53,674 nt of DNA, taken from positions 1-53,674 of the IMG/VR virus record IMGVR_UViG_3300022723_000142; one strand, written 5' to 3'. The notes under the pieces were generated by a model. It was given only the letters and a program-made list of their open reading frames with translations, was not told where the DNA came from and did not search any database. Below, piece after piece: positions 33,393 to 43,463 of the stretch; position 1 is the stretch's first letter, and every line of letters begins with the position of its first letter. The position numbers and the translations under genes were made by a program. This DNA is from a virus.

Positions 33393-35630
33393 CTATGGAA
33401 TTACTCGGACTTGATCATCAGCGGTGACACGGGTGTTGTCATCTGCTGTTATTCGGGGTTCTCCTTGAATTGCAGAGAATCCGAAGCTTGGGAATGTGGC
33501 TGCTATCTCTGCCGTGGCTGCTGCTGGAGCAGTCGCATCAAAGCTGAATGACGGGAAAACTGTAGCTAATTCTGCATCGCTACTAACGATTGCATTTGCA
33601 GTAAAACTGAATGCGCCAAATGTTGTGGACAGTTGAGCGGTGTCCTTAATGACAGATTCAGCTTCAAACGTAAACGTGCCAAATGTTGTTGACAACTGAA
33701 CTGATACAGGAACTTGTGTCTCCGCACTAAATCCGAACGATGAAAACGTTGCTTCGACAAACGCAAATAACGACTGTATTGAGGTAGAACTAAATCCGAA
33801 TGATGGAAACTCAACTTCAGCACGCGCAAGCGTAAATGTGCTGTCAAAAACCTGAATCCCCAGACATTCCGCATAACTCTGCTCGGCTTCAAAAACATAA
33901 TTCAACGCATCGGCCAAAAACTGACGAGTGCGCCCCGGCTGCACATAGTCAATCCTTGGGAACGGCTCATCAATGGCCAGCAGTTCGTCACTAATCGGGA
34001 ACCTGATAAAGTGCTGTCGGTCACGCCCTACCAACAAATCACGATGCTTGGCGGCCAGGTCATTGCACTGGCCCACATCAAACGCCAATCCATCAGGCAG
34101 TTGATAGGGAGGACGTTTGCGATCGCGCCCCGTTGCTTTGCCCCGATGCACCCATGATGCCGATCCTTCATAGGGCGTCGTATCGTTAATGTATTGCGTC
34201 CAGTATTCGGTGCGTTGTGGGCTGTTTTTGCCCTGCTCGGTTGCCGCCTGCACGATCGCGGGTTTGGAGTTCACCAACCGCCATTGATTCGACTCGCTGC
34301 TAAATTCCTTGTCAGGATAGATTAACACCGCCGACTGTTTTTCAGTTTCCTCGTAGTCGTACAGATCTTCGCCCTGCTTCACCCATTCGCGGATTACCTT
34401 ACCCACCTTCCGGCGGCTGATAGTGCCTGCCGGGTCCAAGGCATCTTCACGACTCCAGCGATCAACAACGATGCGGATACATTCGTCTTCGGTGCTGTAC
34501 GTGTAGTTTTCGGTTTCTTCCTCTTTCCTTACTGCTAAGTCGCTGCCGTCTTCGAGAAACGTCACCTCAGCCGCATCGTTATAGCGGAACACATAATACA
34601 GCCGATATTGGCAGTCTCCCTGCAACTTGTAATAACGGATTTCGGTTTTATCGTACTCCACAATTTTGGTAGATTCAGCGCTGCCATCAATAATGAGGGA
34701 TTTCCGAGTACGTAGTCGCTCACGTTTCAGGAGTTTGATGTAATCGCCACCGTCAACCGTTACGGTGGTGCCGTTTGGCCCCAACAGTTGAGTGATGGTT
34801 AGGTCAAACTCCTGAAACTTATAGAGTTCTGTGTCAGCATCGCCGGTCAGTTTGATTATGGGATTCGTTTGGGCGGAGGATGATTTACCCAGCCCCACCA
34901 CTTGCACTGTCTCAAATGGCTGGAGCGGGTCGGGGTCGGGCGTGAACTCAATATCATTGGTCCCCTCTGTGATTGCAATATCAGCGGTGTCCGGTGCCGT
35001 ATCGAGTTGCTTGGCTCGCACGATGCCGGATGAATCCACATACAACTGTCGGAAATCGGCTGCATATGCAATCTCGCCTGCCCTGCCGACATAGCTACCG
35101 CGTGGCTTAGGGACAGGAAAGTTGACGACACGGCCCCATGTGCCTAGATTGATGTTGCCTGATGGAATGCCCGCTGCCTCAAGATACCGAGTAGCGACCG
35201 TAGCCAAATCTGTATCGGCTCCATCGCATACGGTGATCGCGCTCGCATCGTCTGAGGGCTCCTGGGAGTTGTACCAGGCCAGTGCATCGCCAACATCAAT
35301 GCTCAAAATGCGACTGGCATAGTCGAATGTGGGTTCCTGAAGGATGAACAGGTTAGACGCGGCGAAATCAATCAGCGTACCGGAGTCGTCAGCAACTTGC
35401 ACCGCGATCTCTTGCCCTGGGAACCAGCGTGAAGGGTTATCAAGGGGCTGAATGCTCTCAGGGTTGGTCGTGTCTTCTTGAAGCAGTAACGTGCCCCGAA
35501 ATGAAATGATGCCCGCTTGCCCGATACTATCCCGCCCTATCTCCAGCCGCAGGGCACTAGCGCTCCAGTCTTGCGAGTCGGAACCGATGAGGGTTGAGAG
35601 TAGGCGGGCGGTGGTATTGGCGGCCATCAA
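33393..35630 (-). CDS. Large distal-tail/baseplate protein (Tal/gpJ-position) with C-terminal repeat array
   Basis: 745 aa, second gene after the tape measure. The C-terminus carries six ~20-aa units. Confidence 0.45.
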   Translation of the reverse strand: MMAANTTARLLSTLIGSDSQDWSASALRLEIGRDSIGQAGIISFRGTLLLQEDTTNPESIQPLDNPSRWFPGQEIAVQVADDSGTLIDFAASNLFILQEPTFDYASRILSIDVGDALAWYNSQEPSDDASAITVCDGADTDLATVATRYLEAAGIPSGNINLGTWGRVVNFPVPKPRGSYVGRAGEIAYAADFRQLYVDSSGIVRAKQLDTAPDTADIAITEGTNDIEFTPDPDPLQPFETVQVVGLGKSSSAQTNPIIKLTGDADTELYKFQEFDLTITQLLGPNGTTVTVDGGDYIKLLKRERLRTRKSLIIDGSAESTKIVEYDKTEIRYYKLQGDCQYRLYYVFRYNDAAEVTFLEDGSDLAVRKEEETENYTYSTEDECIRIVVDRWSREDALDPAGTISRRKVGKVIREWVKQGEDLYDYEETEKQSAVLIYPDKEFSSESNQWRLVNSKPAIVQAATEQGKNSPQRTEYWTQYINDTTPYEGSASWVHRGKATGRDRKRPPYQLPDGLAFDVGQCNDLAAKHRDLLVGRDRQHFIRFPISDELLAIDEPFPRIDYVQPGRTRQFLADALNYVFEAEQSYAECLGIQVFDSTFTLARAEVEFPSFGFSSTSIQSLFAFVEATFSSFGFSAETQVPVSVQLSTTFGTFTFEAESVIKDTAQLSTTFGAFSFTANAIVSSDAELATVFPSFSFDATAPAAATAEIAATFPSFGFSAIQGEPRITADDNTRVTADDQVRVIP
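33459..33821 (-). repeat. Six tandem ~20-aa units with core TF(P/G/S)xF(G/S/T)F
   Basis: AEVEFPSFGFSS.. / VEATFSSFGFSA.. / QLSTTFGTFTFE.. / QLSTTFGAFSFT.. / ELATVFPSFSFD.. / EIAATFPSFGFSA. Confidence 0.8.
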
Positions 35631-36157
35631 ACCTCGATAATCTGAAATGTGCAGACATGGGCCACGTCATCACCCAACAGCCCTAACTCGGCGTTGAAAT
35701 CTTCGGACAATTGCAGTTTGACGTTAAACACCCCAAAACCATACTTGACGGATGAATCATAGGTTTCGTCTAGTTCGGCTAACAAAGTACGCCCATTCTG
35801 CGATCGCTCAATGTTGCTCAGATATTGAATCTCATCAATCAATCGAAGCTTGCCATCATTCTGGTCTTTGTATTGGTCATCTTGCCAGTCGGCCAGGTTT
35901 ACTAGCAGCCGCATTTCGGCCAGTGTCAGCACTGTGAAGACTGACCACTGAAACCGGGTCAGGTGGATGGGGCCGACAATCTGAGAAGTGCCTGCAATTG
36001 ACCGGCCAGCTAACGCCGCATAGTTAAGCCGTTGGCGAGAAGGGGCGCGGCCATCAGATGTCCATCGGTTGATTGTGATTGATGGGTAGGGGGTGGTTGC
36101 GAAATTGGAAGCGCTGCCGCCCGGAATGCCTAGATTGAGTTCACCGATCGACATCAC
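35627..36157 (-). CDS. Distal tail protein candidate (by position)
   Basis: 176-aa ORF immediately after the tape measure gene, with overlapping stop/start. Confidence 0.35.
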   Translation of the reverse strand: MMSIGELNLGIPGGSASNFATTPYPSITINRWTSDGRAPSRQRLNYAALAGRSIAGTSQIVGPIHLTRFQWSVFTVLTLAEMRLLVNLADWQDDQYKDQNDGKLRLIDEIQYLSNIERSQNGRTLLAELDETYDSSVKYGFGVFNVKLQLSEDFNAELGLLGDDVAHVCTFQIIEV

Positions 36158-39100
36158 CAGCCCCCGTACGCTGCAATAGTTTTCAGCCGCCCAAACTCTA
36201 GATCCACAGCATCTTGCAATGGGCGATCGCTGAAAACAGTATAGTTCGCAGGGGCTTGCACTTTTGGCTTAGCGACCTGCTGCCTCAGTTGCACCAGCTC
36301 ACGGTTCATCCGCTCCATGAGTGCCGTCTGCCGCCCTACTTCACGGTTGGCCGCATTGGTGATGGCGCGTGACCTTGCCTGAGAGATAACCGATTCACCG
36401 CCGCCGGGGGAAACGATATACTCATCTCTGTGAACCTGGTTAACGCCCGGCTGCAACGTGCCGCCGCTCCGAAATGAGGGGAGCGATGATGGTGTAGATA
36501 TAGGAATCGCACCCCCACCGACTGGAGCATTAGCAATTGCGCCTTCCAGGATGCCCGCCGCCCGCTCAGCCCCGCTAACAATTCCACCTTCTAAGCTTTG
36601 AGCCGCTGTGTCCCCACCTTCTTCAAATGCCTGATCTGCTTCTATCAGGTCAATTACGTCACCCCGCCCTACCCCTTCGAGTAGTTGTTGAGCGATGGCG
36701 CTGTCATTGTTCTGGGCGAAGTCGATTAGGTCGCCAGTATCGCCGCCTCTTTCTAGGATACGTTCCAGTTGCTTGGCAGCTTGTTCTAATTCGCCGCCAA
36801 CCTCAGAAAATAAGCCAGCCCTTCGAGCTTCCTTAAAGTTTTCTCGAATCGCATTAAGTTGTTTAAGGCTTTCTTCTGTAGATTTCTCCTGAGTTGAAAG
36901 CGCTCGTATTAGCTGAGATGTCCGCTTTTCTTCCGCGTCGGCAATCTCCTGAGCTAATCGAGATTGCTCCTCCATTAGATCAACTGCATCTTTTTGCGAC
37001 CCAGCGTTACTTTTTGCGGCGTCGGCTTTCCGTTCTTCAGTGTCTGCGGTTTCATCAGAAAACTCAGATTGCTTTTGATTTTCGTTAGCAATCTGCTCTT
37101 GCGCGTCCAACTCTTGAGATTTGAGCTCGCCAATTTCAGCAATGGTATATTGGACATCCTTAGCTGCCTGTAGATTTTGCTGTTGCAATCCCTCAATCTG
37201 CTGTAAGTTGCTGATTTCTTCAGAGCTAGCCCCTTGTGCCTGAGCTTTTTGAGTAGCAATGCGAGCCTCAGTTACCGCCACTTCTGCCAAAACTACCGCC
37301 CGTTGTGCTTCTGCCTCAGATTGAGCCTGAGCCAGCTCTAGAGACAGTCGCTTCGATTCAAACTCTTGAGCAATAGCATCGCGATTTACAGCAGCAATCT
37401 CGCCCTTGATGCGTTCAACTTCTGTTTCATTCTCAGTCGCTTCAGCCCTAGCCAAAGCTGTCTCTAGTCGCTCGCGATCGAGCTCAATCAAAGTACTGTC
37501 TAAGCTGGCTTGCTGGCTAAGTAGATCTTGTTGTCGCTGATTGGCTTCTATTTGCTGGTCAATCAGCTCGATTCGGATGCTCGCTACTTCTTGCGCCCGT
37601 GCTAGCTCCTTGTCAAACGTTTCGAGAGTAGCAGCGAGCCTGTCCTTTTCTGCCTGCTCGGCTTCTTTAGCCGCCTCTTCCCTAGCCTTAGCCGCTTCTT
37701 TGGCGCTATTCTCAGCCTCACGATCAGCCTCTTTTTGTGCTTGGATGCGCTGGTCAGCGATCGCGATACGGTCGTTATTAATTTGGGTTTCGAGTGCCAA
37801 AATTTCGGCATTCACTTCGGCCAATGCATCTGGGTCTTCCGTTTGTGCTTTGGCCGCCTGTAGTTCTGCAATTTGGTCTCGGGCGCTGGCAATGCGTTCG
37901 TTCAGCAGCCGCTCTTCAGATGCAGCGATTCGCGCCTCACCCTCTTCTAGTGACTTAATACCATTGGCGATGTCTTCTTTGATGGCCGCTTCCCTGGCTG
38001 AGGCGGCATTGGCTAGCTCGTCCTGAGTGCGTTGCAAAGCATCGTTTAAATCATTAACCCGTTCGGTTAATTGCTCAGTGGTGGATTCAACATTTTCGTT
38101 TTCATCTGCCGCGCCATTAAGTTGATTTTTGTAATCTTCAAGCCGTTCGATTTGTTTGTCACGAATAGCAATATCAGACTCAAGAACGGGTTCCTGTGCT
38201 TCTAGTGCAGCGATCCCATTATCAATAGCGGCGATAGTGGCATCAATTTCTTCGGCAGGAATGCTTGCCCCCTGCGCGATGCCTCGTAGCGTATTGATGG
38301 CGGCACCCTCAACTTCGCCGACCGCTAGACTGACTTCACCAAAAGCAATCGTCGTACCTCTAGCTGCGGATTCTGCTGCTGTAGACAAGCCGGGTATTAC
38401 GCCTCGAACTATGTCTAAATTGCGCTGTACCGCATTAAGCTCATTCTGAGCGGCTTGCAGGTTTTGAGTCGCCTCATCCCCCAGCAAGTTGTCAGGCAAA
38501 TTCCCAGCCGCCTCTCTGACTGCATTGAGGGAATCTTGGATGCCTTTAACCGCTTCATCAGCTTCACGGGTGGATGCGGTAATTGTGCGGAATGTATCAA
38601 CCGCAATTGCCACGCTAGCCAATGCCCCCGCCACCAATCCGAGCGCGGTTGCTGACTTAATTGTTGCTGCCGTTTGCGCAGATTGTGCAGCGGTGGCGGT
38701 GCCCGTTGCGGTGGCGTATGCCGCTGTCAATGTCGTAGCGATCGATGTCGTTGCATTTTTGGCGGCTAATGCAGCGTTCCCACGAACCGTTGCTGTTGCT
38801 GCCAGTAGCTCCTGTTTGATTCTTTTTCCGTTGGCCAGGTTGTAAGCGGCTATCGTTGCGACGGCTGCCGCCAACACTCCCGTAAATCCAGTTGTAGCAA
38901 TAAGAGTAGATTGAATTGGTCCCGGAAGATTGTTAAACGTTTGCAGTAATCCGATAGCAGCCTCAACAACGGGCCTTGCACCAACCGCAGCAAATTCCCC
39001 AAAAGCCCTGGTTGCTTTGCCCGTTTCATCTTGGAGGTTAGAAAATCGCCCTACTAAAATCTCTGATTGCGTCGCCATTTGGCCCGCAACGCCTTCCAAA

Positions 39101-39828
39101 GCACCCAAACTGATGACCGCAGCGGCTAACGCTTCAGGTGTCTTTTCCACCTCTTGAGTTACGCCCTTAAATGCAAGCGTGACCTGATTCCCTGCTGTTT
39201 CAGCCGTGATGCCAAATTCTTTTAATCGTTCAAATTCTCCAGTCTGGGCATCCAACACAGCCTCAACAATCTGGTCTAGCTGCTTGCCCTGACTGCTGGC
39301 AATGTCCCCTAACTGAGTTAAGACTTCATTGGTCGGCTCAATACCTCGGTTCTGCAACTTAATGAAGCCCTCGACCACTTCATCAAGCTGAAAGGGGGTA
39401 GTTGCTGCAAACTTTTCAATTCTGGATAGCGCTTGATCAGCAGCTTCAGCACTGCCTAGTGTGTTCTCAAGAACGGCTTGATATTGCTCAAACTGTGCAA
39501 AACCTTGCAAGCCGTTTGCGAAAACAGCACCAACACCAGCGGCAACGCCACCGGATACAGCAGCGCCGAATGCAAGTGTTTCGGTGGATAATCGCTCAGT
39601 ATCTTGAGCTGCTTTGTTTATGCTGCTAGAAACCTCATCAAAGCTATTGGCAAGCTTATTCGCCTCCTGAGTGGCTTCCTTGGTTTCTGTCGATAAATTT
39701 TTTAGTGACGACTGACCAGATTGATTGATTAAAGAGTTGACCCGCTCTAATTCGCGTGAAAAATTTTGCAGGTTCTTGATTGCCCGCTTACCGCCCCTAC
39801 TGCCAAAATCAATCCGTATCGTGCCCAA
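36154..39828 (-). CDS. Tail tape measure protein
   Basis: 1224 aa. Hydrophobic A/G-rich segments, very long E/A/Q/R coiled coils, and the conserved-looking core 'FQLDEVVEGFIKLQNRGIEPTNEVLTQLGDIASSQGKQLDQIVEAVLDAQTGEFERLKEFGI'. Confidence 0.85.
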   Translation of the reverse strand: MGTIRIDFGSRGGKRAIKNLQNFSRELERVNSLINQSGQSSLKNLSTETKEATQEANKLANSFDEVSSSINKAAQDTERLSTETLAFGAAVSGGVAAGVGAVFANGLQGFAQFEQYQAVLENTLGSAEAADQALSRIEKFAATTPFQLDEVVEGFIKLQNRGIEPTNEVLTQLGDIASSQGKQLDQIVEAVLDAQTGEFERLKEFGITAETAGNQVTLAFKGVTQEVEKTPEALAAAVISLGALEGVAGQMATQSEILVGRFSNLQDETGKATRAFGEFAAVGARPVVEAAIGLLQTFNNLPGPIQSTLIATTGFTGVLAAAVATIAAYNLANGKRIKQELLAATATVRGNAALAAKNATTSIATTLTAAYATATGTATAAQSAQTAATIKSATALGLVAGALASVAIAVDTFRTITASTREADEAVKGIQDSLNAVREAAGNLPDNLLGDEATQNLQAAQNELNAVQRNLDIVRGVIPGLSTAAESAARGTTIAFGEVSLAVGEVEGAAINTLRGIAQGASIPAEEIDATIAAIDNGIAALEAQEPVLESDIAIRDKQIERLEDYKNQLNGAADENENVESTTEQLTERVNDLNDALQRTQDELANAASAREAAIKEDIANGIKSLEEGEARIAASEERLLNERIASARDQIAELQAAKAQTEDPDALAEVNAEILALETQINNDRIAIADQRIQAQKEADREAENSAKEAAKAREEAAKEAEQAEKDRLAATLETFDKELARAQEVASIRIELIDQQIEANQRQQDLLSQQASLDSTLIELDRERLETALARAEATENETEVERIKGEIAAVNRDAIAQEFESKRLSLELAQAQSEAEAQRAVVLAEVAVTEARIATQKAQAQGASSEEISNLQQIEGLQQQNLQAAKDVQYTIAEIGELKSQELDAQEQIANENQKQSEFSDETADTEERKADAAKSNAGSQKDAVDLMEEQSRLAQEIADAEEKRTSQLIRALSTQEKSTEESLKQLNAIRENFKEARRAGLFSEVGGELEQAAKQLERILERGGDTGDLIDFAQNNDSAIAQQLLEGVGRGDVIDLIEADQAFEEGGDTAAQSLEGGIVSGAERAAGILEGAIANAPVGGGAIPISTPSSLPSFRSGGTLQPGVNQVHRDEYIVSPGGGESVISQARSRAITNAANREVGRQTALMERMNRELVQLRQQVAKPKVQAPANYTVFSDRPLQDAVDLEFGRLKTIAAYGGW

Positions 39829-39918
39829 TTTTCTAAGGTGCCGTTACAACAACAATCATGAACACAAAAAAGGCAGCTATCGCCACAATGCCCCATTTTT
39901 CAAATGCATTCAATCCGT

Positions 39919-40692
39919 TCATGGTTTATCCTTGCCCCGTTTAATATTAGCCTCAACGCCAGCAGAATTTTGCACATCCGTACCAAAATCACGCGCAAAA
40001 GCCTGAGCACAGTTAGTTAGCCGTGAATCCCGTTGTTGTTTTGATTCTTCCTTAGACTCACCAAACGGGTTAAGCGGTGATTGCTTGCCGCGCGGCTGTG
40101 GCTTGTTTTTGGGCGTGGGCGATGGGCGATCGCTATCCTCACTCAGCACATCCTGAGCCATCATCAAAGCTTGCTGCAACTCTCGGTAAGGGAGATGGTT
40201 TTTGCACCATTCAATATCGGCACTGCTGGCCCCCGTTGAAAGCATTTGCCCGATGAACTGCAATTCTGCATCCTGGTTTCTTGGCAACGGTTTTCCGTTT
40301 GGGTCGCGTGGATAATTCACCAGTAGTTGATCGAATACGGACGGCTCCCCGCGATAGCTCACCAGCAAAGCATAGGCAGTATCAGCGTCAATTCTATCAA
40401 CGGGAATATTGCGACTCTTCAATAAATGATCGACTATCCAAGCTAATCCCGAATTGTGTAGGGGGTTGGAAATAACCTTATTTTCTTCATCAATGCACTC
40501 AGCATCGTAAAACGCCTGGAACGTGCCACCCGGATACAGCGATTTCATTGCTGACCACAAAAACTTAAACCGCGCAAACCACATCAAGAACCGCGAGCGC
40601 TCCGATAATGGCAGTCCACATAAAAGCGTGGTGCCACCGTCGGTTAACCCGATTTCGTAGCGATCTTGATCAAGAGTACCGATGGTGGACAT
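39919..40692 (-). CDS. Tail assembly chaperone candidate (by position)
   Basis: 257-aa ORF between the major-tail candidate and the tape measure gene. Confidence 0.3.
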   Translation of the reverse strand: MSTIGTLDQDRYEIGLTDGGTTLLCGLPLSERSRFLMWFARFKFLWSAMKSLYPGGTFQAFYDAECIDEENKVISNPLHNSGLAWIVDHLLKSRNIPVDRIDADTAYALLVSYRGEPSVFDQLLVNYPRDPNGKPLPRNQDAELQFIGQMLSTGASSADIEWCKNHLPYRELQQALMMAQDVLSEDSDRPSPTPKNKPQPRGKQSPLNPFGESKEESKQQRDSRLTNCAQAFARDFGTDVQNSAGVEANIKRGKDKP

Positions 40693-40730
40693 GATAAAAT
40701 TACTTTAAGTTTTATGAGATTCTGTAAGAC

Positions 40731-40943
40731 ATGAATTTTACTATAAGCGATCGGACGGCTCAGACTGGCCATCCAATTACAGTCCGTCAGTTGCGAAAGA
40801 TTCTTGAAATTTTAGACAAATCTGGCATTGAAGGCATTGAAACGCTAAGCCTTGACACAAGTATAAGGTTTTCACAGCAAGACAAGGAAATGCTAAACAA
40901 TATGACTAAAGCTTCCTTTGATATCCATTTTCAAGCAAAATAA
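40731..40943 (+). CDS. Hypothetical small protein encoded antisense to the tail operon
   Basis: 70-aa AT-rich ORF followed by a hairpin. Confidence 0.4.
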   Translation: MNFTISDRTAQTGHPITVRQLRKILEILDKSGIEGIETLSLDTSIRFSQQDKEMLNNMTKASFDIHFQAK

Positions 40944-40970
40944 GCTAGAGAGGTAATCCCCCCTAGCTTA
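40941..40970. terminator. Hairpin between convergent genes
   Basis: TAAGCTAG (40941-40948) pairs with CTAGCTTA (40963-40970). Confidence 0.45.
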
Positions 40971-40989
40971 AAGCGTCAAGCAAAACAGG

Positions 40990-41781
40990 TTAGTTCTTGT
41001 ATAAAAGGAAAGGCAAATTCCAGTCGGCAGGCGTATTCAGACTATATGCAAAGGTGCTGTTATCGGTATCGCTGCCGAATTCAAATCCATCATTTTTGAC
41101 CACTTCTTTACACCACAGAGACCAAATATCAGAGGGCGCATCGCTAAAGGCAACCTTACCGAAGAACTCGATGGTTCCCTGAGTCGCGATCGTGGCAGGA
41201 CCGCCGATGTAAGTCAGCCCAGTTTCGGCTGCGGTATAGGTCAGCAAGATAGATTTCTCTGCATCCGACTCATCAGAAGCGAAATTCACGGTATCAGCAG
41301 CAACGTCAAACTCACCTGTAGTTGCCGCCCCGGTTGCAGTGGGAACCTGCGTCATGTAAGTATCACCGCCGCTGTTGCTAATGATTGTTGCCTGGATATC
41401 TTGATCTGCTGTCAGCCCGGTAATCGTCACCTCCTGGGCTGCGCCAGCAACGGGCAATGTGACAACCTGTTGCCGCAGAACGGTGATATCTCCACTGCTA
41501 GGGCGCTGGTTAAACAGGAACGGCAACGACTCTTCAGCCAGCCAACCGCTATCAATACTGAGTGTATAGGTCGTCTCGGTTGTCACATTGGTAAGAATTT
41601 GCAATGGCCCTACGCCTGCCGTCGGGTATGCCAAAATGTCTTCGCTGGTGATTTCCTGAGTGATTGTGAATGCGTTGGGGCGAATCGCGTACGCTTCATC
41701 ATTGGTTGGGTCACGCAATACGAAGCCGCCGAATCCTTCTAACGTTCTGGCCATGTTGTCACCGAAACTACAACGGCTCAA
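40990..41781 (-). CDS. Major tail protein candidate (by position)
   Basis: 263-aa ORF upstream of the chaperone candidate and the tape measure gene. Confidence 0.4.
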   Translation of the reverse strand: MSRCSFGDNMARTLEGFGGFVLRDPTNDEAYAIRPNAFTITQEITSEDILAYPTAGVGPLQILTNVTTETTYTLSIDSGWLAEESLPFLFNQRPSSGDITVLRQQVVTLPVAGAAQEVTITGLTADQDIQATIISNSGGDTYMTQVPTATGAATTGEFDVAADTVNFASDESDAEKSILLTYTAAETGLTYIGGPATIATQGTIEFFGKVAFSDAPSDIWSLWCKEVVKNDGFEFGSDTDNSTFAYSLNTPADWNLPFLLYKN

Positions 41782-41838
41782 TAATGACGGGCAAAGCTAG
41801 ACTAAGGGCAGATTGCTAGCACTATTTACTCTGAATGA

Positions 41839-42102
41839 ATGCAGGATGATATCACTCAGTTAATTGTCAGGCTTCCTAGCGGATTGAAAGACCGCTTTGA
41901 ACGTCAATGTGATGGCAGCATGTCAGGCCAGGTTGTTGCGTTGATTCGTGAATGGACAGAAAGCCGCGAGCAGACAATTAAGCTGATGCTGAAACCGGAT
42001 GTCAGATCGGCGATCGCACTCAAGGCGGCTGAGTCGGGAATTACGCCGGAGTTATGGGTGGCATTGCAAATTCAGCGATCGCTTAGAGGGAGGATAAATT
42101 GA
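41839..42102 (+). CDS. Tandem ribbon-helix-helix (Arc/CopG-like) protein, antisense to the tail operon
   Basis: 'LIVRLPSGLKDRFERQCDGSMSGQVVALIREW' and a second unit 'LMLKPDVRSAIALKAAESGITPELWVALQIQRSL'. Confidence 0.5.
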   Translation: MQDDITQLIVRLPSGLKDRFERQCDGSMSGQVVALIREWTESREQTIKLMLKPDVRSAIALKAAESGITPELWVALQIQRSLRGRIN

Positions 42103-42212
42103 TACAACGGCGATTATTTATGGGGATGGGGTTAGTTGTGATTTACTTCTTGGCGCGTTACCTAAAGAATCTATAAACGATTTTGGCGCGATACTGAAAA
42201 GATCAGGCGGCC

Positions 42213-42653
42213 CTACAGGCTGACGAATCCCGTCTTAGCCTGAGCCGTGTAAAGATGCGTAGTCGTTATTAGCACCACGTCGGCGGGCAAGCGCTCATTC
42301 TCTTGACGATTAGTAACGTTCACGGCCAGATGGCGATCTCCGCCGCGAGCTTGAACTGCAACCCCAGTAAATGAGCTTTTTACGTGCGAATGAAGCGCGA
42401 TCGCATAGTCGTAGGCCAGCTCCGGGATATTGCTGTCGGTGCTCAACACCATTAACTGGGTTTGCAATATTAGGTCGGTTTCGCGTTGCCAATGCTCCAA
42501 GCCTTTCGGCTCAGCCAGGAATGGGACGAATAGACGCCCCTGACGAGTACCCCGCACAGGTACATCAAAGGGAATCGCTGCCGCCCATGCGTGACCAGTG
42601 GCAGTGGTGAGGGTACCCGCGCCAGTTGACAGGATGCTAGAAAGTGAAGTCAT
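42213..42653 (-). CDS. Hypothetical virion protein (tail completion/terminator position)
   Basis: 146-aa ORF. Confidence 0.35.
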   Translation of the reverse strand: MTSLSSILSTGAGTLTTATGHAWAAAIPFDVPVRGTRQGRLFVPFLAEPKGLEHWQRETDLILQTQLMVLSTDSNIPELAYDYAIALHSHVKSSFTGVAVQARGGDRHLAVNVTNRQENERLPADVVLITTTHLYTAQAKTGFVSL

Positions 42654-43140
42654 TAGCTGCCGTTATCCCCTCGTTGAGCTTTTCTATGACAATACTATCG
42701 GGATTCACAATAATGTTTCCCGGTTGCGAGGCGCGATCGATGCCTAGCGGATTCTCATTGGCAATCCATCGCTCTGTACCTTCCAGGCCAATTTTGCGAG
42801 CCACGAGGTAAGCAGGTATGCCTCGACGATTAGCCCAACCTTCGAGCGCTTTCACAGGGGGCATCCTTCCCGGTGGTCGGCCTCGTTCCCGATAAAGGCT
42901 GTTTGCCACATCGTTGGCAAGTGCCCCCGTCAATTCATCGCCACGAAACTGAAACGGCTCAACCCGGTAGACACGACTATGATCACCCAAATCTTGAGGG
43001 GCATTTGAGCGGAGATAGTTTTCCAGACTACGTCCGGAGTCGTCCATCGCTTCTGTGATGTGGCCCTTCACGATAAATTCAATGTCGCCGTCTGGGAATT
43101 CAATTTCAATGGAGATCATAGTTTGAGGACGAATTGCCAA
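42637..43140 (-). CDS. Hypothetical virion protein (head-tail joining position)
   Basis: 167-aa ORF overlapping its neighbours. Confidence 0.35.
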   Translation of the reverse strand: MAIRPQTMISIEIEFPDGDIEFIVKGHITEAMDDSGRSLENYLRSNAPQDLGDHSRVYRVEPFQFRGDELTGALANDVANSLYRERGRPPGRMPPVKALEGWANRRGIPAYLVARKIGLEGTERWIANENPLGIDRASQPGNIIVNPDSIVIEKLNEGITAANDFTF

Positions 43141-43463
43141 TACATACCGTTATTCGTGATCGTGTCAGCCACCTGCGCCGATTGGTAGGTTTCCCCCGCG
43201 TCGAAGCTAACCTCCATCAACGGAGAACCTGTTAGGCTATCGCTCAATATTTTATCAGTATTGACATCGCCCGGAATCGTGACGCGATATTGCGGCACCT
43301 CTTCAGTCATCCCCATGGCGATTTGTTCGCTAGACAATCCGATTTTTCGAGGGATGGCCGTCTCTACAACCTTGCCTGCTACTTTTAGCCGAAATGCTAC
43401 AACGCTAGGGTCATGCCTTGCAGCAATGCGTTTCATAAATCGCTGTAACTGTTTGGAGTTCAC
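43116..43463 (-). CDS. Hypothetical virion protein (head-tail joining position)
   Basis: 115-aa ORF. Confidence 0.35.
   Translation of the reverse strand: MNSKQLQRFMKRIAARHDPSVVAFRLKVAGKVVETAIPRKIGLSSEQIAMGMTEEVPQYRVTIPGDVNTDKILSDSLTGSPLMEVSFDAGETYQSAQVADTITNNGMYWQFVLKL

Noticed and set aside
37541-38845. Long + strand ORFs (161, 97 and 118 aa) inside the tape measure gene.
   Set aside because: They are antisense shadows of an A/E/Q-rich coiled-coil gene, translating to S/A/L repeats. The tape measure frame is continuous for 1224 codons.
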